Of a stretch of 47,940 bases of DNA, positions 1 through 11,100 are shown piece by piece. Below the pieces are notes generated by a model. It made no database searches and was not told the DNA's origin. It was given only the letters and a program-made list of their open reading frames with translations. The DNA is from Octopus bimaculoides (Eukaryota): the NCBI RefSeq assembly GCF_001194135.2, contig NC_068982.1, positions 77,633,427-77,681,366 on the forward strand. The letters run 5' to 3'. The position numbers and the translations under genes were made by a program. Positions within the stretch are counted from its first letter, which is position 1. The number at the start of each line of letters is the position of its first letter.

Positions 1-205
1 TGTGGAGGGATATTGGCATTGTAATAGTGTTTTTTTGAGGTCTTGTAAGCGTATTTCTCGAGTGGTTGGGTCAGAGACAATGGTGCAAATTCTTTTAGCT
101 AAATTGAAAGGGATATTTATCTTGGTGTGTTTTGGGTGGCATGAGCTGAAAAGGAGGTATTGTTGTGAGTCTGTAGGTTTGTGGTAGATGTTGGTTGTGA
201 TTTGC
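1..205 (-). mobile_element. Penelope-like element fragment (RT thumb/linker region)
   Basis: Minus strand reads ITTNIYHKPTDSQQYLLFSSCHPKHTKINIPFNLAKRICTIVSDPTTREIRLQDLKK, the typical YxKPT...YL...SxHP...IP region of PLE reverse transcriptases. Confidence 0.8.
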
Positions 206-1230
206 TTTCATTACCTAGGTGACCAAGTCAGTAGCGGGGGTGGATGCTCTGAAAGTGTAGCTGCTAGAGTAAGGATAGCCTGGGCAAAATTCAGAGAGCT
301 CCTACCCCTGCTGGTGACAAATGACCTCTCACTAGAGTAAAAGGTAGACTGTATGACACTTGTGTGAACAGCTATGCTACATGGCAGTGAAATATGGGCC
401 GTGACTGCTGAGGACATGTGTAAGCTTGCAAGGAATGAAGCCAGTATGCTCCACTGGATGTGTAATGTCAGTGTGCATTCATGAGTTTCAGCGCTCTGAG
501 AGAAAAGTTGGACTAAAGAAATATCAGATGTGGTGTGCAAGGGAGACGACTGTGCTGGTGTGGGCCTGTGCTGCGAATGGATGAGGACAGCTGTGTGAAA
601 AAATATCACATCCTAACAGTTGAGGGAACCTGCAGAAGAGGTAGACCCAGGAAGACCTGGGATGAGGAGGTGAAGCATGACCTTCAAACATTGGGCCTCA
701 CCGAGGCAATGACAAGTGTCTGAGACCTTTGGAGATATGCTGTACTTGAGAAGACCTGGCAAGCCAACTGTGGCCTGTGCCTGTGCTATATAACCACCCC
801 ATTTAAGAGTACCCTTCAATCATTGGACAATAAACTATGCTTGCAAAGACCTGTTGAGGCAAGTGAAACCGCTGTCATGCCTAATGACAGTACTGCCTGA
901 GTAGCACTTGTGCTAGTGGAACATTAAAAGCACCATTCGAGCGTAATCGCTGCCAGGGCCGTTGACTGGCTCTCATGCCAGTGGCACATGGAAATAGCAC
1001 CATTGAAGCATGGCCAATGCCAGTACCACTTGACAGGCCCTCGTGCTGGTGGAACGTAAAAGCACCCACTACATTCTCAGAGTGATTGGCATTAGGAGGG
1101 GCATCCAGGTGTAGAAACCTTGCTAGATCATATTGGAGACTGGTGCGACCTTCTGCCTCACCAGCCCTCAGTCAAACCATCCAACCCATACCAGCATGGA
1201 AAGTGGACGTTAAATGATGATGATGATGAT
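206..1230 (+). mobile_element. 5'-truncated RTE-clade LINE (RT C-terminus plus 3' UTR, (GAT)n tail)
   Basis: Reads FHYLGDQVSSGGGCSESVAARVRIAWAKFRELLPLLV...MDEDSCVKK...VEGTCRRGRPRKTWDE with stops and frameshifts; ends in gatgatgatgat; the same 3' end recurs at 2432-3650, 27568-28900, 38455-39042 and 42130-42975. Confidence 0.9.
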
Positions 1231-1617
1231 ATATATATATACACGAGGGGCGTCTTTCAGTTTCCGTCTACCAAATCCACTCACAAGGCTTTGGTCGGCC
1301 TAAGGCTATAGTAGAAGACATANNNNNNNNNNNNNNNNNNNNNNNNNNNNNNNNNNNNNNNNNNNNNNNNNNNNNNNNNNNNNNNNNNNNNNNNNNNNNN
1401 NNNNNNNNNNNNNNNNNNNNNNNNNNNNNNNNNNNNNNNNNNNNNNNNNNNNNNNNNNNNNNNNNNNNNNNNNNNNNNNNNNNNNNNNNNNNNNNNNNNN
1501 NNNNNNNNNNNNNNNNNNNNNNNNNNNNNNNNNNNNNNNNNNNNNNNNNNNNNNNNNNNNNNNNNNNNNNNNNNNNNNNNNNNNNNNNNNNNNNNNNNNN
1601 NNNNNTATGTATATATA

Positions 1618-1648
<31 letters not shown>

Positions 1649-1649
1649 A

Positions 1650-1852
1650 CATTCTTTTATTTGTTTCAGTCATTTGACTGCGGCCATGCTGGAGCACCAC
1701 CTTTAGTTGAGCAAATTGACCTCAGGACTTATTCTTTGTAAGCCTAGTACTTATTCTATCAGTCTCTCTTGCCGAACCACTAAGTGACATGGACATAAAC
1801 ACACTAGCATCGGTTGTCAAGTAATGTTGGGGGGACAAACTCAGACATACAA

Positions 1853-1892
<40 letters not shown>

Positions 1893-1970
1893 GAGGGGCG
1901 TCTTTCAGTTTCCGTCTACCAAATCCACTCACAAGGCTTTGGTCGGCCTAAGGCTATAGTAGAAGACATA
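1650..1970 (-). mobile_element. tRNA-derived SINE family 1 (5' head truncated)
   Basis: Matches the recurring body tttcagtcatttgactgcggccatgctggagcacc...tttcagtttccgtctaccaaatccactcacaaggc found in at least 8 places in the window. Confidence 0.85.
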
Positions 1971-2019
1971 CAATATATATGCATATATTTATATATATAT
2001 ATGTATACCTATCATTGAC

Positions 2020-2331
2020 CTTATCGCATCACCGACTCCTCCACCTGCACTTCTACCAACATCATCTATTGCATCTCCTGCTCTCTCTGCCATTCTCTGT
2101 ACATCGGACAAACGGGGCGCCGCCTGGCCAACTGATTTGCAGAACACCTCCGAGACATCCACCTTTGCAATGACACCCCGGTGTCACACCATTTCCGCTC
2201 CACTGGTCACTTCTTGCAGCAGCAACACCTGTCCATGTTTGGATTGTCCTTGCACAGGGGCCATCCGGATTCCCGTTTGCACCGTGAACAGGGATTAATC
2301 TTCTCTCTTCGCTCTTTTGCGCCACATGGGC
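2020..2331 (+). mobile_element. Penelope-like element GIY-YIG endonuclease fragment
   Basis: Reads CTSTNIIYCISCSLCHSLYIGQTGRRLAN*FAEHLRDI...PVSHHF...RLHREQGLIFSLRSFAPHG (IY...CxxC...YIGQT motif); cut by the gap at 2332. Confidence 0.85.
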
Positions 2332-2431
2332 NNNNNNNNNNNNNNNNNNNNNNNNNNNNNNNNNNNNNNNNNNNNNNNNNNNNNNNNNNNNNNNNNNNNN
2401 NNNNNNNNNNNNNNNNNNNNNNNNNNNNNNN

Positions 2432-5400
2432 TGGCAACGGCCACACTCAAATGGTGTTTTTTTACGTGCCACCTGCACAGGTGTGAGTCCAATGTTTTGT
2501 TCACATGCTACCGCCACAAGTTCCAGTAAGGTGAAGCTGGAAACGATCGTGCTCAAATGGTGATTTTTACGTGCCACCGGCACGGAAGTGAGACTGTTGC
2601 TCTGGCAGTTATCCCGCTCAGATGGTGCTGTTAGTGCTCCACTACCACAGGTGCCAGTCATCGAATTTGGTTCAGTTTCGATCTCACTTGCCCCAACAGG
2701 TCTTTGCAAGCTGAGTTTAGTGTCCAATGAAGGAAGGTTGGCATGGGTTCCAGTCATCGAATTTAGTTCAATTTCGATTTCACTTGCCTCAACAGGTCTT
2801 CGCAAGCAGGGTTTTGTGTCCAAAGAAGGAAAGGTACACATAAATCGGCTGGCTACACCCTTGGTAAAGACCACGGATTATGGTCTCACTTGTCTTGCCG
2901 GGTGTTCTCACGCACAGCATATTTCCAAAGGTCTCGGTCACTAGTCATTGACTCAGTGAGGCCTAATTTTTGAAGGTCGTACTTCACCACCTCATCCCAG
3001 GTCTTCCTGAGTCTACCTCTTTCACAGGTTCTCTCAACCACTAAGCTGTGGTACTTTTTTACACAGGTATCTTCATCCATTATCGCCAAATGGTCATACC
3101 AGCACAATCGTCTCTCTTACACACCACAACTGATGCTTCTCAAGTCCAACTTTTCTCTCAAGGTACTTACACTCTGTCAAGTATGCACACTGGCATTACA
3201 CATCCATCAGAGCATACTGGCTTCATTCCTTGTGAGCTTACGCATGTCCTCAGCAGTCACGAACCATGTTTCACTACCATGTAGCATGGCTGTTCATACA
3301 CATGCGTCATACAGTCTGTCTTTTAATGCTAATGCGAGAGGCCCTTTGTCACCAGCAGAGGTAAGAGCTCTCTGAACTTGGCCCAGGCTATTCTTATTCT
3401 AGCAGCTACACTTTCAGTGCACCCACCCCCACTACTAACTTGGTCACCCAGAAAGCGGAAGCTATCAACTACGTCTAGTTTTTCTCCCTGGAATGAGATA
3501 GAAGTTGTTTCCTGTTTGTTTGCAGTCTTTATTGCACCTGAGCATCTGCCACATACAAAAACTATCTTGTTGATTAGCCTGCCTTTGATATTGCTGCACC
3601 TCTTATGTGTCCTTAGCTTACACTGGGTATATTGTATAGAGTTTCTACCTACGCCTTTTCTACAGTTCGAGCAGGGCCATCTACTGAAGGGGTTTGGGGT
3701 TTGTCTACCTTTCTACTTATTAGGATTTTGGTTTTAGCTAGGTTGACTCGAAGGCCCTTCGATTCTAATCCTTGTTTCCACACCTGAAACTTCTCTAGTT
3801 CTGATAGTGACTCAGTAATTAGAGCAAGGTCATCAGTATAGAGGAGCTCCCAGGGACAACCTGTCTTGAATTCCTGTGCTCTTGCCTGGAGGACTATAAT
3901 AAATAGGAGGGGGCTGAGGACTGAACCTTGGTGGACCCCTACCTCTACCTGGAATTCTTCACTGTACTCATTGCCAACCCTCACCTTACTGACAGCGTCC
4001 CTGTACATGGCTTGCACAGCTCTCACTAACCATTCATCTATCACTAGTTTCCTCATTAACCACCAGATAAGGGATTGGGTGACCGTATCAAAGGCTTTCT
4101 CCATGTCAACGAAAGCCAGGTACAGAGGTCTATCTTTGGCTAGGTATTTCTCCTGCAGCTGTCTTACCAGAAATATAGCATCAGTGGAGCTTTTTCGTGG
4201 CACGAATCCCAACTGCATCTCATCTAAGCTGATTCTCTCCCTAATTAGTTGGGCTATGACCCTCTCCGTGACCTTCATTACTTTGTCCAACAACTTGATA
4301 CCTCTGTAATTGTTTGTGTCTAAAGCATCACCTTTACCTTTGTAGCATTTGACTATGGTGCTGCTACACCAGTCATTGGGTATGACTCCTTCGTGTATCA
4401 CCTGGTTAACTATACGAGTGACTAGGCTATAGCCAACATTGCCAGATATTTTGAGCATCTCCGTAGTCCTGATGGGCCGGGGGCTTTCCCTGTCTTCATA
4501 CTCTTGATTGCTTTATCTACCAAGATACTGTCAATTAGGATAGCTGGTCCCTCTGTTGGGTCAACATTCGGCAGACTCTCTTTCTCCCATTCATTCTTTC
4601 TATTAAGCAATCTTTCATAGTGGAGTCTCCAAACCTCTCACTTTGCAGCCTCATTTAGTGCAAGTGAACCATCATCCATGCGGACAAATTTCTCTCCAAC
4701 AACATCACGATTCTCTCTCCTACACTGTCTTGCAACATGAAATACTTAAAGTCTTTCATCCTAATGGCGCAGAATATCGGCAAATGTTTTCTTATCTGCT
4801 TTATTTAGGAGACAGGCTAAATAAACCTGTCTCCTAGCTTCCCTTCTGGCAGTCTGATACAATTCCCTGCTACTTCTGTTCTTCCAGTCCTTCCAAGCCT
4901 GTTTCTTTTGTCTAATAGCCCTGTCAACTACATTGTTCCACCACCACGTTACTTTGGGTCGAGAGGGGACTTTGCACCATCCACAGATCTGGTCAGTGGC
5001 TCTCAGCAGGTTGTCCTGTAGAAACATCCAGTTGTTTTCCACATCATGTGATGCTATATCCCTTTCTATTTCGTCGAAGGCTTCGAGTGTTGTTGGCACT
5101 CCGTCGCTTACAACGTTGAGGGTTCCAGTTGATCCAATCAACGGAACACCCTCCTCGTGAAATTAACGTGCAAGTGACTGAGCACTCCACAGACACATGC
5201 ACCCTTAACGTAGTTCTCAGGGATATTCAGCATGACACAGTGTGACAAGGCTGGTCCTTTGAATTACAGGCACAATAGAAACAGGAAGTAAGAGTGAGAG
5301 AAAGTTGTGGTGAAAGAGTACAGCAGGGTTTGCCATCATCCCCTGCCGGAGTCTCATGGAGCTTTAGGTGTTTTCGCTCAATAAACACTCACAACATCTG

Positions 5401-6207
5401 GTCTGGGAATCGAAACTGTGAGTCTGCTGCCCTAACCACTGGGCCATTGCGCCTCCACTTGAAGGCTTCGAGTAACACATCTCTAAATCTCTGTCTATTT
5501 GCAGGATCTTTAAGCTTCCAGACCCTTCTCCTCCAAGCTGGTCTACTTCTGGACATCCATTCAGCCCTTATCCCGAAGTCACTAACTACTAATCTGTGTT
5601 GAGGGGTACATTCTTTGCCTGGGAAGGTTTTGGTATTTATAAGCAGTCCTCTTTCCCTTTTTCTGGTGAGGATGTAGTCAATTTGGCTAGTGTGTCTGCC
5701 AGAACAGTAGGTGACTAGGTGACAGGCAGGTTTCCTGAAGTTGGTATTGCAAACCATAAGATCATTTGCATCACAGAACTCCAGTAGTCTGGTTCCCTCC
5801 TCGTTGCGGGAACCAAAGCCATAGCCTCCATGTACGCCATGGAAGCCCCCTGTATGTTGTCCAACATGTCCATTGAAATCACCAGCCACAAAGAGAAAGT
5901 CCCTGTCATTCGTCAACAAGGTAGTCTGCAATAGGGTGTCATAAAATTGGTCTTTCTGCCCGCCCCGGTTGAGGGGTATAGGCTGAGATAACAGTAGCCA
6001 ACCTATGGTGAAGCACTAATCTAATCTTAAGTACTCTGTCACATACTCTAACTACCTTGATTACCTTATCAACCCATTTCTCTGCAAGAAGTATACCCAC
6101 AGCCCTGACCCCATCAGTGTTCCCTGCCCAGAAAATCTTGTACTTGTGTTCTTTGCCTGTGAGGAACCTAGTAGAACCTCCTCTCCACCTTACTTCTTGG
6201 AGGCAGC
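2432..6207 (-). mobile_element. Near-full-length decayed RTE LINE (APE endonuclease + RT + 3' UTR)
   Basis: APE motifs in ORF 5389-5931 (VAGDFNGHVG, SQIDYIL, PQHRLVV); RT motifs in ORF 3649-4458 (NYRGIKLL, LAFVDMEKAFD, GVHQGSVLSPLLF, LLYTDDL); several stops and frameshifts; interrupted by a SINE at 5089-5460. Confidence 0.95.
5089..5460 (-). mobile_element. tRNA-derived SINE family 2 inserted in the RTE, with 13-bp TSD
   Basis: Minus-strand head ggaggcgcaatggcccagtggttagggcagcagactc...gtttcgattccc (A/B-box-like); exact flanking direct repeat GAAGGCTTCGAGT at 5076-5088 and 5461-5473. Confidence 0.9.
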
Positions 6208-6790
6208 ATATATATATATATATATATATANNNNNNNNNNNNNNNNNNNNNNNNNNNNNNNNNNNNNNNNNNNNNNNNNNNNNNNNNNNNNNNNNNNNNN
6301 NNNNNNNNNNNNNNNNNNNNNNNNNNNNNNNNNNNNNNNNNNNNNNNNNNNNNNNNNNNNNNNNNNNNNNNNNNNNNNNNNNNNNNNNNNNNNNNNNNNN
6401 NNNNNNNNNNNNNNNNNNNNNNNNNNNNNNNNNNNNNNNNNNNNNNNNNNNNNNNNNNNNNNNNNNNNNNNNNNNNNNNNNNNNNNNNNNNNNNNNNNNN
6501 NNNNNNNNNNNNNNNNNNNNNNNNNNNNNNNNNNNNNNNNNNNNNNNNNNNNNNNNNNNNNNNNNNNNNNNNNNNNNNNNNNNNNNNNNNNNNNNNNNNN
6601 NNNNNNNNNNNNNNNNNNNNNNNNNNNNNNNNNNNNNNNNNNNNNNNNNNNNNNNNNNNNNNNNNNNNNNNNNNNNNNNNNNNNNNNNNNNNNNNNNNNN
6701 NNNNNNNNNNNNNNNNNNNNNNNNNNNNNNNNNNNNNNNNNNNNNNNNNNNNNNNNNNNNNNNNNNNNNNNNNNNNNNNNNNNNNNNNNN

Positions 6791-6823
<33 letters not shown>

Positions 6824-6859
6824 TAGATAGATCGATCCTCAGAAAGAAATTGTATTTTG

Positions 6860-7075
6860 TGCAGGTAGGGTATGAGGTAGAGAAGCTCACTTCCTATCCA
6901 TGTGATCTTAGGTTCAGTCCCACTGCACAGCATCTTGGGCAAGTGTCTTCTGCTATAACCCTAGGCCAACAATACCTTGTGAGTAGATTTGCCAGACAGA
7001 AACTGAAAGAAACATGTCCTGTGTGTGTGTACCTTTATCTTGACCTCACATAATAGTTGTGAATGATCATCACCA
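6860..7075 (+). mobile_element. tRNA-derived SINE family 1
   Basis: ggttcagtcccactg...ttgggcaagtgtcttctgctata...ccttgtgagtagatttg...agacagaaactgaaaga, the reverse complement of the family 1 body. Confidence 0.75.
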
Positions 7076-7534
7076 TTATACGAGTGATGTCATTCATTAG
7101 TAAATCTGCCTCAACAAACATAAAAACTGGACATTAAGTGGTCATATAATGATTAGTAAATAAATTCTTAGCATAAAAAATTGCATTACCTATTCCAGAC
7201 AAGGGCTGTAGTAAAAAGGAAATCTATCATCTCAATAGAAATTACAATATTTCAACAGACTTGCTATAAATATATATATTTCTTGAGGAATTTATTTTCT
7301 GCCACTTATGAACATTTAATTTTCATTTTAACTTCAAGGACTTTGTTTTCTGCTAACTAAAAACAACTAAACAAAAGTAAAATATTAGGTAATTGTTTCT
7401 TGAATTAGTCATATTTGAATATTTTGTTAATTTAATTAGTTTATAAAGATTGCTTCCGTAAAGCTCTAGAAAGAAATTTTAAGTTCCAAATGTCAGCTTT
7501 AAAATGACATAAATTCAAATATAAATATACTTAC

Positions 7535-7746
7535 ATAACCGAATATAGATGATATACTGCATGCACCATCGTGGTTCAGTGTTTATAATACTTCCTCGCA
7601 TACTAACCCAAGCCATAGTTATTTCAACTAAAAGGCAGACGGAAAGAATGACAAGATATCCAAATATATGACCTTTTAAGTCTCTCATGCAGACCAAATC
7701 GGAAGTAAAGTCGACCATAACAAGTGTTGAGGCCAAGACAATGATC
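7535..7746 (-). CDS. DAGLA: Internal coding exon (212 bp) of diacylglycerol lipase alpha, TM1-TM2/TM3 region
   Basis: Translates (W)IIVLASTLVMVDFTSDLVCMRDLKGHIFGYLVILSVCLLVEITMAWVSMRGSIINTEPRWCMQYIIYIRL, matching the recalled DAGLA segment GYLGILLSCMIAEMAIIWLSMRGGILYTEPRDSMQYVLYVRL better than DAGLB; polypyrimidine acceptor tttttatttcag (AG at 7748-7747, phase 2) and donor GTAAGT starting at 7534 (phase 1). Confidence 0.92.
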
Positions 7747-8439
7747 CTGAAATAAAAATAAAAAGAGTGTTATATACTGTATTTGCTTGCAAGGTGGTTA
7801 TTGTTAGAAATAAAACTATGAGATTTTTTTGTTCAACTAAACATAGAAGTTAAATGCTAGCAACTGAAATCAGTATAACACCAAAAGCAAGTCTATGGAA
7901 ACAATAATTGAAAAAAAAGGTGGGGGACAAAAAACTGCAAACACTCCAATAATACAAATATTGATTTTTCTTTTTATTTATTTATTTTTGCATTTTCTGG
8001 AAAGAGTACAATAGCAACAGTTTTGAAAGAACAATGAACATTGAACAAAACAACTCACATATCTTTAAAAATACACACAACCAAATAACTAGAAAAGCAG
8101 ACTTACGAGATGTCTCGTACAAGATATAGTAAAAGATTAGAGGAAGTTATAGAAGTGTTCCAGCAAGGCCAGAACAACTAGAAGAACAGCAGATGAAATT
8201 AACAAAACAACTAAAGACTATAAAGAAATTTTTTTTGTTTTCTTTTACAAAATAACTCACCACGATTGGAATACAAGCATATTTTGAGACAGCATGGAAT
8301 ATAATAAAGCCCACCTTTCCTCTTCCAAATTGGTAATCACCATTGACCACGCCTCTACTCATGTTCACCATTCCCTTCATTCACCTCTATCTCCATCTCT
8401 GTCCATCTGCCACTCTCCTTTCACACCTACCACCATCTG

Positions 8440-8590
8440 TGAAGTAATTGGCATCAGGAAGGGCATCCAGCCATAGAAACACTACCAAAGCAGACATTAG
8501 AGCTTGGCGCAGTCTTCTGGTTTGTCAGATCCTGTCAAACCATCCAATCTATGCCAGCATGGAAAACAGATGTTAAACAATGAAGATGGT
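8440..8590 (+). mobile_element. RTE-type 3' tail fragment
   Basis: ttggcatcaggaagggcatccagccatagaaac...gtcaaaccatcc...ccagcatggaaaacagatgttaa, same as the 3' end of the RTE copies. Confidence 0.7.
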
Positions 8591-9229
8591 GTTTATAATA
8601 ATTTTTAGCAGAGGTACAAGGTCAGAAAGTTTAAGTTAAAGAAACAGCTAATTAAATGGTCAACCTCTGTATTCTACAAACATCATATGGCAAAGTTAAT
8701 GCCAAAAGATTTCGATTTAGAATGTAAGTTTGTCAATTTATTGATTTTGGTGTCTATCATGATAATAGAAAGATCACACAGTCTAGATTTTGAATAGAGA
8801 AATATAAACAAAGAGCAAAAATCTTTCAAGAAAACTTTTTGCAGAACAACAGTATTAAAGATATCGCAATGATTTTAATTATTCTTATTAAATAATCAAA
8901 GATCATGAAATATAAGAAAAAAAAACAAAACAAAAGAGAAATTATAGCTAAATAATGTAGACAATTCTAATGAATTAGATAACACAAAATAATTAGTGAA
9001 ACTTTATCTAAAATTATAGTTATTTGATAAATTATAACTCAAGCAAACTACTAGGGGGAGTCAAAAATTATCTACACTTTTGACAAAAGTTACTTTATGT
9101 TGACTGCACTGACTTCAGTGCTCACATGCTAAAAGTAGTACTCTTGAGGTTATGTAACTAAAGTTTAACCTTGATTATTCCAGTTTTCTTTCTTGTGCTA
9201 CAAACATGGCCATTTTACTGGCATCAAGG

Positions 9230-10080
9230 AAGAACAAAAGATCAGTGATCTGATTTCTCTAGTCTGAAGGTGTGTCAGAGGCTGAAATTCATAGCAAGGA
9301 CAATACAGGGACAGCACTCTATTGCATAGAAGTATGTATGAGAGGATCAAGTAGTTTAAAAGTGGATGGACAAGAGTGAAGCATGAAGAGGGACCATGAT
9401 GCCTATCAATCTTCACCACTGGCATGAAAATTCAACAAGCTTAAGTGATGATTCTGGCAAACCAACAAGTGACCATCAATGAAGTGGCATGTTCTCTGCA
9501 AATAAGTCATGGTTTTGCATAAAAAATAATCCATTTCAAGCTTTGCCTCTTAAAGTCTGTGTGAGATGGGTGCCAAGAGAGCTTACCGAAGTTCATAAGT
9601 GCAATCATGTGGATATATGTCAAAGCTTACTCAACTACTCAATGAAGGTGAAGCTTTTAGGGAAACAATAGTTACAGGACATGAGATCTGGGCCCATCAC
9701 ATTGAATCCAAATCCAAAAGGCTGAGTATAGAGTGGAAACCTGGAATCACCAGCAAAAGAGAAATTCGAGACTCAACATTCTACAGAAAAAGTGATGACA
9801 ACCATTTTTTGGGTCACAAAACAGCCTATACTGGAATATTCTCTGATAAAGAGGTCTACAGTCATGAGTGTAGGCTATAGTGAAATATTGGCTAACAAAC
9901 TGAAACCAGCAATGTGCACCAAACCCTCAGGTATGTAGTCAAAGTAAGTTTTATCGTTGCAATCAGTCAAAGCAAGAGTTATTGTTGCATACAGTCTGGA
10001 TCTCACTCCTTCCAACTACAACTTCTTTGAATTGCTCAGACAATCTTTGAGGTATAAGCAAGCTTGTGGATTGCTGGAAG
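9230..10080 (+). mobile_element. Decayed mariner (Tc1/mariner) transposase
   Basis: Frames give EEQRSVI*FL*SEGVSEAEIH (HTH start), VCVRWVPRELT (WVPHEL motif), IVTGHEIWAHH (VTGDETW) and YSLDLTPSNY (YSPDLAPSD); many lesions. Confidence 0.85.
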
Positions 10081-10789
10081 AAGTGCATCAAAAAGCAAGG
10101 AGACTGTGTTGTAAAAGGATGTAATAGTTCAACCTCTGCTTTTGTTTTAATAAATTACAGAAACAAGAGCATGTACAATTTTTACTTACCCTCACAGAAA
10201 TAAACCCAAAAGGCCTTCTGAAGAGCACTAAAAAAATATTCATGATAAAAATGTGTGTGTGTGTGTGTTCATTCTTGTTTATGCCCATTTCATCATTAGA
10301 TTAATATATCCCTGAGGTGTTGTTTTACAGCTGGATGTCCTTCCTTATGCTAAAGATGACCGCATGGCTTCAAAGGCACAAAGTCAGTGGTCAAGTTATT
10401 TATAAGTGATGTACCAACAACAACAGTATGTCATGACTAAGTGAGAGCAGACATAAACAAACACAAGCACGTTCATGTGCACGCCTACACATATGCACAA
10501 TTGCTTCTTTTCAGTTTCATCTACCAAATCCACTCACAGGTGCCATGCCATGAAAATTAAACCTCAAACATGACTGAGAAGTGAATTTCTAAGGCATACT
10601 TGCACGCAGGCACACGCACATACACATAAGAGAAATAAAGATGAGCAGAAAAGGTGCAATTCCCTTTGTAACATTATTACAAAGAAAATGTTTTAAAACA
10701 CATTATTACATACAGGTTTCACTACTCATAGAAGATAGTCAGTGTAATGTCTGACTGTTAGCCTTCAGTTAAGACATAATATTGTATGT

Positions 10790-10860
10790 GTAATGTCAGT
10801 GTGCATGAACAATAGAGTACAAATAAGCTGAGAATTGGATAACAGATGGATCAGATACAT

Positions 10861-10891
<31 letters not shown>

Positions 10892-11100
10892 ATAATTATA
10901 GTGGTAAAGGTATGTGAAGTATATAGAAAATGTCAGTTGTGTATAGAAGTTTTTAATGTTGAAAGTGGAAAGAACTGGTGGAAAAGGATGCTCAAGGGTG
11001 ACATGGGATGATGAGGTGAAGATAGATCTCATGAGTTGTGACAAGTGGTAACACATGGTTCTGGGAGAAGATCCACCCATTAGTGCAAGTATAGCAAAAT
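10790..11100 (+). mobile_element. Old RTE 3' fragment
   Basis: tgtaatgtcagtgtgcatgaac...gaactggtggaaaaggatgctcaagggtgacatgggatgatgaggtgaag aligns by eye with the RTE end (GTCRRGRPRKTWDE). Confidence 0.55.

Noticed and set aside
1241-1970. Exact 82-bp duplicate (1241-1322 = 1889-1970), both copies ending at gaagacata
   Set aside because: The first copy abuts an N gap and both follow (TA)n runs; most likely a duplicated contig end, not biology.
5400-5460. tRNA-like sequence with A/B boxes
   Set aside because: It is the head of a TSD-flanked SINE with no complete cloverleaf; I found no true tRNA, rRNA or CRISPR array in the window.
6057-6942. Long ORFs (226-257 aa) in the ORF track
   Set aside because: They are open only because they cross Ns and (TA)n repeats; the same applies to 1281-1700, 16025-16420 and 34244-34640.
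10187-10240. Minus-strand GTAAGT donor with a short upstream segment
   Set aside because: No coding similarity or convincing acceptor; such donors occur by chance.
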